Of a DNA stretch of 64,000 nucleotides, positions 39,896-49,808 are shown in pieces. The number at the start of each line of letters is the position of its first letter. The stretch's first letter is position 1. A program made the position numbers and the translations under genes. Source of the stretch: an uncultured Clostridia bacterium (GTDB lineage: Bacteria; Bacillota; Clostridia; Oscillospirales; Ruminococcaceae); the NCBI GenBank assembly GCA_947589185.1, contig CANQCK010000002.1, forward strand, positions 60,925 through 124,924, in the 5' to 3' direction. The notes beneath the pieces are model-generated. The model saw only the letters and a list, made by a program, of their open reading frames with translations, had not been told where the DNA came from and searched no databases.

Positions 39896-40016
39896 ATAAT
39901 CTCGGGAATTGAACCCGAGAGGGCAATTTTCGTTAATAAAAGTTGCCTGTGGCAAGTTTTTAGAAAATTGGGCGTAGCGACTTTAGGAGCAAGCCGTTAG
40001 CCTGCGTAGCAGGCGG

Positions 40017-40037
40017 CAATTCCCGTACGGGTCACCA
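40017..40037 (+). other. duplicated tRNA-Glu 3-prime end fragment (21/21 identical to 39837-39857)
   Basis: CAATTCCCGTACGGGTCACCA. Confidence 0.85.
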
Positions 40038-40039
40038 AG

Positions 40040-40175
40040 CAACGGTGACGTTGCATCCGGTTCGCGTTTCACATTTGTGGAGCGTGATTTTTTTGTCTCT
40101 CGCGTTTTTAATTTTAACAATATTATTATCAAGCAGTTTGAACATTTATGTTCGGACTGCTTTTTTAGTGGTGCA
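40040..40175 (+). repeat. 136-bp direct repeat, copy 1 (GNRA hairpin + terminator T1 + terminator T2)
   Basis: 132/136 identical to 40394-40529. The T2 part matches the tRNA-Glu terminator. Confidence 0.85.
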
Positions 40176-40270
40176 GGAGGAACTGAGAGAATGCTAGTAA
40201 ATCTTTTGCTTTATTGCTCAGTGTGTGCATTCTCTGACGAAAACGAAAACGGAGTGCGGCTTTCGTCTTA

Positions 40271-40290
40271 ATTCACCGTACGGGTCACCA
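40271..40290 (+). other. second degenerate tRNA-Glu 3-prime end fragment
   Basis: ATTCACCGTACGGGTCACCA, one inserted base relative to the tRNA 3-prime end. Confidence 0.7.
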
Positions 40291-40393
40291 GCAACGTAAC
40301 TTTGCGTAATTTTTAGCATTTGAAAAACGCGAGATACGCAATGCAATTTTTCTCTTTTTGCAATCGCGAATTGCGTGCAGGGGTCACCCCTGC

Positions 40394-40529
40394 CAACGGT
40401 GACGTTGCATCCGGTTCGCGTTTCACATTCGTGGAACGTGATTTTTTTGTCCCTCACGTTTTTAATTTTAACAATATTATTATCAAGCAGTTTGAACATT
40501 TATGTTCGGACTGCTTTTTTAGTGGTGCA
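40394..40529 (+). repeat. 136-bp direct repeat, copy 2
   Basis: See copy 1. Preceded by the hairpin GCAGGGG-TCA-CCCCTGC, which contains GGGTCACC. Confidence 0.85.
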
Positions 40530-40543
40530 AAAGCAGTTGAGAT

Positions 40544-40576
40544 AAAAAAAGCAGAGAACAATCAACGCCCTCTGCT
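40544..40576 (-). terminator. rubredoxin terminator
   Basis: Minus strand AGCAGAG-13 nt-CUCUGCU followed by U7. Confidence 0.6.
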
Positions 40577-40597
40577 TCTTTCTTGATGAAAAGTTTC

Positions 40598-40756
40598 TTA
40601 TTCTTCGGCGAACTGATCTTTGCCTACATGACAAAGCGGACATTCAAAATCATCAGGAAGGTCTTCCCACTTTGTTCCCGGTGCAATTCCTGCATCAGGA
40701 TCGCCCTTTTCCTCGTCATATACATATCCGCATACCTGACATACATACTTTTTCAT
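40598..40756 (-). CDS. rubredoxin
   Basis: My own translation gives [52 protein letters not shown]. It has two CxxCG-type pairs and GGAGGA 7 nt upstream. At 52 aa it is below the ORF-track cutoff. Confidence 0.88.
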   Translation of the reverse strand: MKKYVCQVCGYVYDEEKGDPDAGIAPGTKWEDLPDDFECPLCHVGKDQFAEE

Positions 40757-41018
40757 AAAAAATCCTCCTTTGTAAAATTTTATAAGCTATTGTTCTAAAA
40801 CATTAACCCCTTTATTATAACAGATTTTCTCTCCTGATATTCTTTTGGTGAAAGCCCCGTCTGTTTTTATAAAACAGCTCTGCGGCATAGTTACTTCAAA
40901 TCAATTTTATTATACAAAAAAATTTATAAAATTGCAATAATAATTATATAAATTGATTGAGATATATGTTATATTATTAATGTGAAAAAATTTAATCTGA
41001 ATTTCAAAGGAGGCTCAT

Positions 41019-42665
41019 ATGAAGTCTAAAAAACTTATTACTGTTATTTTATCGTCATTTATTTTAATATCGGCTGTTATGCCATATGCTTTTAGTGCCG
41101 TATCCGAATCGGCTGATAAAGGTGTAATGCGTGAAAATCTGACCTCAGTCGAGCTTGTCAAGGATATGGGTTTCGGCTGGAACTTAGGCAATACACTTGA
41201 CGTATGTAACGCCGACCGAAACGGCGACGGAAAAATTGACGAGAATTCCGACAATGTTGACGAAACCTTATGGGGGAACCCAAAAGCAACTCAGGAGCTT
41301 TTCAATCAGCTTAAAGCTGACGGAGTTAAATCTGTAAGAATTCCCATTACCTGGCGTGACCATATGGGCGAAGCCCCCGATTACAAAGTTGACGAAGAAT
41401 GGATGGACAGAGTTCAGGAAGTCGTAGACTATGCACGGAATGCCGGTCTCTATGCAATCATAAATATTCACCATGACGGCGGCGGAGACCCTGATTTCGG
41501 TGCTTGGATATGCCATGCAAGCAAAGATTATGACACTGTTATCCAAAAGTATAAAGCATTATGGTCACAAATTGCCGATAGATTTAAAGACTATTCAGAT
41601 TATCTTGTTTTCGAGTCCATGAACGAAGTAGGATTTGACGATTTAAAACCCGCAAACGCATTTGATACGCTTAATAAGATCAATCAGGAATTTGTCAATC
41701 TGGTTCGCCAGTCAGGCGGAAATAACGATAAGCGTCATCTTTTGATTGCCGGTTATTGGACTGATATTGCAAAAACCTGTTCAACGTATTTCAAAATGCC
41801 TGAAGACCCTGCAAACAGATGTATTCTTTCGGTTCATTACTATACGCCATGGCAGTTCTGCATTAACGGAAATCCGTCAACTTGGGGAAGCGAAGCTGAA
41901 ATAAGAGAGCTTAACAGGCTTTTTGATATGCTGAATGATAAATTTATAAGTAATGGAGTTCCAGTTATTATCGGCGAGTATGGTGTAAACTCAGCGGCTG
42001 AGGAAAAAAGCAGGGTTTATTGGTGCGAGAGCGTTGTAAAGAAGTGTACCAGCTTAGGTATTGCAGCGTTTTTCTGGGATAACGGCGAAGAGGTCGACAG
42101 AGAAACATATCAGTGGAGAACACCTGATCTTCTTAAAGCTATAAAAGAAGCCAACTTAAATACATCCCCATCTCCCGAACCGCCAAAAACAAATCCGTCT
42201 GTAACTCCGCCAAAAGAGTCTGATCCGCCTAAAACAAACCCCAAATCTTCTGATAAATCTAAAGCGACAGATCCTTCTGCAAAAAACACTGCTAAAACTA
42301 CTGCCGTTTCAGTCCCTTCTGACGCTGATAAAGCAAAAAAGACCGCCGAAGCCAATATGAGTAAAGCTAAAATCAAAAGGCTGAAAGTAAAAAGCAAATC
42401 AAAGAACAAAATAACTGTTCAATGGAAAAAGGTTAAAAATGCAAAAGGTTATAACGTTCAGGTGTCAAAAAAGAGTAGCTTTAAAAATAAACTATTCAAT
42501 AAATATACAAGTAAAAATAAGATTACATTCCAAAAAAAGATAAAGAGTAAAAAAACCTACTTCATAAGGGTAAGAGCTTATTGTACATATAAAAAAGCTA
42601 ACGGCGATATTAAAAAAGTGTTCAGCGGTTGGAATAAAAAAATCAGAAAAATCAAAGTAAAATAA
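41019..42665 (+). CDS. secreted glycoside hydrolase family 5 (endoglucanase/mannanase type) with P/T/K linker and Fn3-like C-terminal domain
   Basis: Signal peptide, GFGWNLGNTLD, the NIHHD and FESMNE catalytic regions, a proline-rich linker and ITVQWKKVKNAKGYNVQ. Confidence 0.85.
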   Translation: MKSKKLITVILSSFILISAVMPYAFSAVSESADKGVMRENLTSVELVKDMGFGWNLGNTLDVCNADRNGDGKIDENSDNVDETLWGNPKATQELFNQLKADGVKSVRIPITWRDHMGEAPDYKVDEEWMDRVQEVVDYARNAGLYAIINIHHDGGGDPDFGAWICHASKDYDTVIQKYKALWSQIADRFKDYSDYLVFESMNEVGFDDLKPANAFDTLNKINQEFVNLVRQSGGNNDKRHLLIAGYWTDIAKTCSTYFKMPEDPANRCILSVHYYTPWQFCINGNPSTWGSEAEIRELNRLFDMLNDKFISNGVPVIIGEYGVNSAAEEKSRVYWCESVVKKCTSLGIAAFFWDNGEEVDRETYQWRTPDLLKAIKEANLNTSPSPEPPKTNPSVTPPKESDPPKTNPKSSDKSKATDPSAKNTAKTTAVSVPSDADKAKKTAEANMSKAKIKRLKVKSKSKNKITVQWKKVKNAKGYNVQVSKKSSFKNKLFNKYTSKNKITFQKKIKSKKTYFIRVRAYCTYKKANGDIKKVFSGWNKKIRKIKVK

Positions 42666-42684
42666 AAAATTTCTTCACATAAGT

Positions 42685-42713
42685 AAAACGTCCGGGAAAA
42701 ACCCGGACGTTTT
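42685..42713. terminator. bidirectional intrinsic terminator
   Basis: AAAACGTCCGGG-AAAAA-CCCGGACGTTTT. Confidence 0.85.
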
Positions 42714-42724
42714 GTTTGTATTAA

Positions 42725-44152
42725 TTACGATTGAGGAATAAATATTCCGAATAACACTCCGTTATCCCGATTTTCTACCCAGACCTTTCCTTTATGAATA
42801 TCGGCAATCTTTTTTACTATTGCAAGCCCTACGCCGTAATTTGCTGTTCCGTTCTGCGTTCGTGATTTATCAACCTTATAGAATGCGTCCCACAAATGCT
42901 CAAGCTCCTCTTTAGCAATACCTTCTCCCGTATTATATACAGTAATTTTAAGCCCGTTTTCTTCCCAAAGATAGTTAAGCTCGACTGTTCCGCCGTTTGG
43001 TGAGTATCTTATAGCATTGTCAACGTAATTAGAAACCGCCTGCTGCAAAAGCAAAAGGTTCGCACAAATCTGTTTGTTTTCATAATCGTTTGTAACAAGA
43101 CTTACGTTCTTTTCCATTAGTTTTATTTCAAAGCTCACTTCAATATATTCGTTGAATTCAGAAATTAAAAACGTGTTTTTCTCAATGTCATCTGTCATAC
43201 TGTTCATTTTAGACAAATTAAGCATAGACCTGACCAGATTATCCATCTCGTCGCACTGACTGACAATTACATCGTAATACTTTTCTGCCTTCTGCTTATC
43301 GCTGGCAATACCGTATTTTAGCCCCTCTGCGTATCCCTTTACCGCCGCAATCGGAGTTTTTAGCTCGTGCGACATATCACGGATCAGCTGTTCTCTGCTT
43401 ACGACGCTGTCCTTTAGGCTGTTAATGCTTTCATTAAGCTTATCGGATATTATGTTTATAGAATTTGCAAGTTCACCTATTTCACCCTTTTCCTTTACCT
43501 CAACCCTTTGTGTGAAGTCAAGATTTGCAATGCTTCTCGCAGCAGCGTTGATTTCAACAACCGAACCTGACATTCTTTTTGCTATAATTAATACAAGAAT
43601 TGTTCCTATGACGAACATAACTAACCCGATAATTATAATGAGCTTGTTCGATATGCGAACATTATCCTCAATACTTCTGAGAGAACGAGATAAAATCAAA
43701 TAGTAATTATCGTTGAGCTTTGACATAAGTACGACTCTGCGAAGTGCATCATCTCTATTTTTAAATACTTCATAATGCTGTTTGTTGTCATTGAGTTCAT
43801 CAATATTACTGTGAAAAAATTCACTCCACCTTTTTGACAGCTTGTTTTTTTGTTTAATATCAGCGTCAAGTATATGGTTTCTGAAAAGAACTTTATCAGA
43901 TTCGTCTACAACTAATATTTTAATATTTCTTCGCTCGTCCATACTTTCCAAATAATCGTCAAAAGCGTTTAAATCACTTTTCTCAAACTCAGGGAACTCC
44001 TCTTTTAAACTGCTGCAAATTTCGCTCATCTGTTTTTTGCTTTCGTGTATAAAGAATCTTCCTGCAAATAAAACGTCTACAATAACAAGCACTAAAATAA
44101 ATCCAGCCATCAGCAGACCGTAAAAAACAAACAACTTCTTTTTAATCGACAT
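42725..44152 (-). CDS. sensor histidine kinase
   Basis: Two TM segments, HAMP, H-box SHELKTPIAAV and an HATPase domain. Confidence 0.9.
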   Translation of the reverse strand: MSIKKKLFVFYGLLMAGFILVLVIVDVLFAGRFFIHESKKQMSEICSSLKEEFPEFEKSDLNAFDDYLESMDERRNIKILVVDESDKVLFRNHILDADIKQKNKLSKRWSEFFHSNIDELNDNKQHYEVFKNRDDALRRVVLMSKLNDNYYLILSRSLRSIEDNVRISNKLIIIIGLVMFVIGTILVLIIAKRMSGSVVEINAAARSIANLDFTQRVEVKEKGEIGELANSINIISDKLNESINSLKDSVVSREQLIRDMSHELKTPIAAVKGYAEGLKYGIASDKQKAEKYYDVIVSQCDEMDNLVRSMLNLSKMNSMTDDIEKNTFLISEFNEYIEVSFEIKLMEKNVSLVTNDYENKQICANLLLLQQAVSNYVDNAIRYSPNGGTVELNYLWEENGLKITVYNTGEGIAKEELEHLWDAFYKVDKSRTQNGTANYGVGLAIVKKIADIHKGKVWVENRDNGVLFGIFIPQS

Positions 44153-44187
44153 ACCTTATGTTGTGCTCTGTAAGGAGCAATCCTCCC
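44150..44187 (-). promoter_or_regulatory. SD-hairpin-AUG cassette, instance 4 (intercistronic RR-HK)
   Basis: Minus strand GGGAGGAU-UGCUC(CUUACA)GAGCA-CAACAUAAGGU-AUG. Confidence 0.55.
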
Positions 44188-44214
44188 TTCGGTATTTTAG
44201 CCCTAAAACTTAAT

Positions 44215-44880
44215 TTATTCTCCTCTGCTAAAGCAATAACCTCTGCCTCTTACTGTTTGAATATAACCTGAACATACTCCGAGCTTTGCCCTTAAAACCT
44301 TTATATGCGTATCAATTGTTCTTGAAGTATAGTTATTGTCGCTTCCCCATACCGACTGAAATATCTGCTCCCGGCTTTTTACGACATTCTCATTTTCGAC
44401 CAGATATAATAACAGCTTATATTCTAAATTTGTCAGCTGAATTTCTTTGCCTTGTACGGAAATTTTACAATTAAGCTGATTTATGGTCAAATCCCCGAAA
44501 TCCATAATCGAATTGTTCTTTTTAAGCTGTTTTTTCAAAAGAACATTTACCCTTGCAACAAACACCTCATAGCTGAAAGGCTTGGTAATATAGTCATCTG
44601 CACCAGTTGTCAGTCCTCTCAGTTCGTTTCGCTCCGACTCCAATGCTGTGAGAATAATTATTGGAACATCAGAAAACTCTCTTATTTTTTCAAGAACAGT
44701 CCAGCCGTTATACTTAGGCATCATTACATCAAGCACAATTAAGTCGATCTGTTCCTGCATAAAAAGACTAAACGCCTCTTTGCCGTCGTGAGCAACAACA
44801 GTTTCATAACCCTGATTTTGCAATATATCGCATATAAGCTCGCACATTACTTTTTCATCGTCCGCAACTAAAATTTTCAT
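44215..44880 (-). CDS. OmpR-family response regulator
   Basis: MKILVADDE receiver domain plus a winged helix (TVRGRGYCF). The ORF-track TTG 44904 has its SD only 2 nt away, so I prefer ATG 44880. Confidence 0.88.
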   Translation of the reverse strand: MKILVADDEKVMCELICDILQNQGYETVVAHDGKEAFSLFMQEQIDLIVLDVMMPKYNGWTVLEKIREFSDVPIIILTALESERNELRGLTTGADDYITKPFSYEVFVARVNVLLKKQLKKNNSIMDFGDLTINQLNCKISVQGKEIQLTNLEYKLLLYLVENENVVKSREQIFQSVWGSDNNYTSRTIDTHIKVLRAKLGVCSGYIQTVRGRGYCFSRGE

Positions 44881-45277
44881 TTTAATATTTTCTTTGTCAG
44901 GCAAAGACTCCTTTCTGACGTCAAAAATGCTTTTTACGCCTATTTATCCAAATATTCAAAGTGTTAAGGTTTTATTCTGATAAGCTAAAAATAATATAAC
45001 CTACTGCTCTTTATATAATTAACTCTTTCACAGCCTCATATCGAAATCAAAAATAACCGCTGTTTCTGTATTTTTCGACCTGAATTTTAAGTTTAACTAA
45101 TATTATACTTCTTTCGCTGATTTCTTTTGTAAAGTTTATGTGAAAATCCGATTTCAAATTGTATTCTTATATTAAAACTAAGTTCATTTGACTAATTTCC
45201 GCATATAATTTTATTGTTGTATTTAACTATACATTGAATAAATATTTGTTTAATATACCAAAAAAATTTTCTTACTA

Positions 45278-45306
45278 TTGACAATACAAAATAATAATTA
45301 TAAGAT
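45278..45306 (+). promoter_or_regulatory. putative promoter of ptsI
   Basis: TTGACA-17 nt-TAAGAT. Confidence 0.4.
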
Positions 45307-45449
45307 AAAATCAAAGTATCTTAAATGCCAAATTTCCTGTATAAAGTATCTGCACTTTTAATTAAATTTTAAATGCAGACTTTATAATTTCAGTCTCAAG
45401 GAATAAATTAATTTTGACAGCTTATCATATATTTGAAGGGATGAGAATA

Positions 45450-47102
45450 ATGGATAATTATTCGGGTAAAAGCGTTTTTGGAGGCATTGCTATCGGAAAA
45501 ATTCGGATATTTCAAAAAGGACGGCAGGAAATTAAAAATATAAAGGCTGATAATCCAAAGTCAGAGATAGAAAGATTTAATGATGCCAGGAATAAAGCTA
45601 TTGAAGGTCTTCAGGAATTATATGAAAAAGCACTTAAAGAAGCAGGCGAACAAAGTGCCGCAATACTTCAGATTCACCAGCTTATGCTTAACGATATAGA
45701 TTACACTAGCTCTGTTGAAGGTATTATCACCAAACAAAATGTAACAGCAGAATTTGCAGTTGCAGTAACAAGAGATTATTTTTATGAAATGTTTTCCTCA
45801 ATGGAAGATGAATATATGAAGGCACGTGCCGCCGACGTTAAAGACGTTTCTGAGCGTGTTATAAGAATTCTATGCAATGATCACAGCAAGCCGGCAGACT
45901 CAAAAGTGCCGTCCATTATAATTGCAGACGATCTTGCTCCGAGCGAGACTGTTCAGCTTGATAAAGATTTGGTTCTGGCTTTTGTAACCGTACACGGAAG
46001 CGTTAATTCGCATACGGCAATACTAGCAAAAACAATGGGTATTCCTGCGATTACCAATGTAGATATTCCACTTAACAGATCAATAAACGGCAGAATGGCA
46101 GTAGTCGACGGCTATAACGGAATAATATATGTCGACCCGGACAGCAAATTTGTAAGAGAAATGCAGACTTTGCAGGAAAAAGAACTGTACAAAAGAAAGC
46201 TTCTTTTAGAGCTTAAAGGAAAAGATAACGTAACCTTAGACGGAAAAAAGATGATGCTTTACGCTAACATCGGAAACACTAAGGATCTAGCGTCGGTTAC
46301 GGAAAATGACGCAAACGGAATAGGTCTTTTCAGAAGTGAATTTATATATTTTGAAAAGAACAGTCTTCCAACCGAAGAGGAACAGTTTGAAATCTACAAA
46401 ACTGCCGCAGAAACGCTTGCGGGCAAAAGAGTTGTGGTGAGAACTCTCGACATCGGTGCTGACAAGCAGACTGATTATTTTAATCTTGAGACGGAAGAAA
46501 ATCCTGCTATGGGGCTTAGAGCTATAAGGATATGTCTTACAAATCAGGAAATTTTCAAGACTCAGCTGCGGGCATTATACAGGGCGAGTGATTTTGGGAA
46601 CATTTCAATTATGTATCCTTTTATCACATCTGTCGAAGAGATTAAAGAAATAAAAAAGATTACAGAAGAGGTAAAAAAAGAGCTTGACGCTCAGGGGGTC
46701 GACTATAGTCACAATATAGAAGAGGGCATAATGATTGAGACTCCTGCCGCCGCTCTTATTTCAGATAAGCTTGCAAAGGAAGTCGATTTTTTCAGCATTG
46801 GAACAAACGACTTATCGCAATATGCAATGGCAATAGACCGTCAGAATTCAAAAACCGACAGGTTTTACGATCCTCATCATCTTGCCGTTCTCAGAATGAT
46901 TAAAATGGTTGTTGACAATGCTCATAAAAACCGAATTAAAGCAGGTATCTGCGGAGAACTGGGTGCAGATCTAAGCCTTACCGAAACCTTTTTAAAAATT
47001 GGCGTTGACGCACTTTCTGTCTCGCCGGCAATGATTTTGCCGTTAAGGGATAAAATCAGAAAAACTGACACTTCAAAACTGGATTTACAGTATGATCTAT
47101 AG
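45450..47102 (+). CDS. ptsI: phosphoenolpyruvate-protein phosphotransferase (PTS enzyme I)
   Basis: GGIAIGKI N-terminus, the phospho-His region TVHGSVNSHTAILAK and the C-terminal PEP-utilising domain. Start chosen by SD spacing. Confidence 0.9.
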   Translation: MDNYSGKSVFGGIAIGKIRIFQKGRQEIKNIKADNPKSEIERFNDARNKAIEGLQELYEKALKEAGEQSAAILQIHQLMLNDIDYTSSVEGIITKQNVTAEFAVAVTRDYFYEMFSSMEDEYMKARAADVKDVSERVIRILCNDHSKPADSKVPSIIIADDLAPSETVQLDKDLVLAFVTVHGSVNSHTAILAKTMGIPAITNVDIPLNRSINGRMAVVDGYNGIIYVDPDSKFVREMQTLQEKELYKRKLLLELKGKDNVTLDGKKMMLYANIGNTKDLASVTENDANGIGLFRSEFIYFEKNSLPTEEEQFEIYKTAAETLAGKRVVVRTLDIGADKQTDYFNLETEENPAMGLRAIRICLTNQEIFKTQLRALYRASDFGNISIMYPFITSVEEIKEIKKITEEVKKELDAQGVDYSHNIEEGIMIETPAAALISDKLAKEVDFFSIGTNDLSQYAMAIDRQNSKTDRFYDPHHLAVLRMIKMVVDNAHKNRIKAGICGELGADLSLTETFLKIGVDALSVSPAMILPLRDKIRKTDTSKLDLQYDL

Positions 47103-47253
47103 TCTCATACAACATAGCCGTTGTAAGAATTTCTATAAAAGCTAAAGCCATACAAACCCTTTCAGGAAAGTATGGCTTTTAATTATACTATTTTATTCTT
47201 CTATTATTTAAAGACCACAACAACTTTATATTTCTTATTCAAATTTAAGCAGT

Positions 47254-48522
<1,269 letters not shown>

Positions 48523-48545
48523 ATAAACATTCCTCCTGAATGAAA

Positions 48546-49631
48546 TTATTTTGCAGATTTTTCGAGCTGTTGACGGAAATACTCCTTATTTGCCAGATAG
48601 TTTTTATCATTTGGTTTAATACTTCCTGCTTTGTCATTGTATTCGCAGGCTTTCTGAAGATTTCCCAGCTTATCGTAGCATACGCATAGCTGCATATACG
48701 GAATATATCCGTAACAGTCAACAGACGAAAAACCTCCGTTTTGAATTGGGTATTTTAACTTTAAGGCAAGCTCATACCAGAATATTGCCTCACGGTATTT
48801 ATGCTCTGCCATTTTTATATATCCTATTTCACAGCAAATTTCTGCTCGGGGATTGTCATATTTAAAGTTCCAAAAAAGACTGTTCAGTGCCTCGTTTGTC
48901 CTGTCCAGCTTCATATAGCATCTCGATAGATCCAGACAAGCGTTTATACTGTTTTCAATCCACTTATCATCAGCGTCGAAAAACTCTTTAAACGCCTTTA
49001 TTGCATCTTCATACCTTTCGTGAAAATACAGCTCCCTTGCATAATAATACTTCTGTCTCGTGTCAAGAACCTTACCGTCATTTAAAAGTCTTTCAAAGAT
49101 CCTCAAATTCCGATTTGGGTCGTTTACTTTCAGCTTTTTATGCAGAACCTCAATGTCGCAGTACTTAATATTACCGCTCGGTGTTATTACCTCGTGTATT
49201 GCACCTTTCCACAAAAAATGACGCGACCTCTTCATAAGTCTTTCTCTGTAATATGAAAACGTCGGGTTTCCATTGTCATCAAAGGCAACATTATACTTCA
49301 TCATTACTATATCAGCCGACGGTTCAAGCGTGGATTTAAGTTCTTTAAGCTTACGCTGATTTTCAGAATCAATAACATCATCTGCGTCAAGCCACATTAT
49401 ATAATCCTTCTCTGCTTTGGAAAATGAAAAATTCCGTGCAGCGGAAAAGTCGTCAACCCATTCAAAATCATATACCTTATCCGTATACAAAGACGCAACT
49501 TCCTTAGTTTTGTCCTTTGAGCCTGTGTCAACGACTATGATTTCGTCTGCAATATTCTTCACACATTCCAGACATCTGCCCAAGACGCTTTCTTCATCAC
49601 GAACAATCATACATAAACTTATTGTAGGCAT
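48546..49631 (-). CDS. family 2 glycosyltransferase fused to TPR repeats
   Basis: [25 protein letters not shown] motifs and a TPR-like C-terminus. Directly upstream of the collagen-like gene. Confidence 0.8.
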   Translation of the reverse strand: MPTISLCMIVRDEESVLGRCLECVKNIADEIIVVDTGSKDKTKEVASLYTDKVYDFEWVDDFSAARNFSFSKAEKDYIMWLDADDVIDSENQRKLKELKSTLEPSADIVMMKYNVAFDDNGNPTFSYYRERLMKRSRHFLWKGAIHEVITPSGNIKYCDIEVLHKKLKVNDPNRNLRIFERLLNDGKVLDTRQKYYYARELYFHERYEDAIKAFKEFFDADDKWIENSINACLDLSRCYMKLDRTNEALNSLFWNFKYDNPRAEICCEIGYIKMAEHKYREAIFWYELALKLKYPIQNGGFSSVDCYGYIPYMQLCVCYDKLGNLQKACEYNDKAGSIKPNDKNYLANKEYFRQQLEKSAK

Positions 49632-49808
49632 TTCGCAGTCCTCCTCACTGTAATTACAACAGCCCCCTACATTAATAGTATGATTAATCTATCTATTGTG
49701 TTACCTGCGTTTCATTCATCTTTTGTATTATGAAAATAATTTATTTTTATGATAACACAGCATTCCCTGTAAATAATAATAAAGAGAATTAATTAATGGA
49801 GGAACACT

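Noticed and set aside
40040-40529. Possible CRISPR array, given direct repeats with a regular period
   Set aside because: There are only two copies, each 136 bp long and containing terminators. The spacer between them itself contains tRNA fragments. There are no cas genes, and the repeat length and structure are incompatible with CRISPR.
40077-40586. ORFs 40077-40271, 40320-40586 (+) and 40218-40499 (-)
   Set aside because: They run through the duplicated non-coding repeat units and terminator hairpins, have no SD at their starts and give near-identical translations only because of the DNA repeat. Only the terminal 26 codons (40191-40271) have an SD, and that is reported separately at low interest.
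40583-40798. 71-aa plus-strand ORF
   Set aside because: It is the mirror image of the minus-strand rubredoxin gene, which has a canonical sequence, an SD and a terminator.
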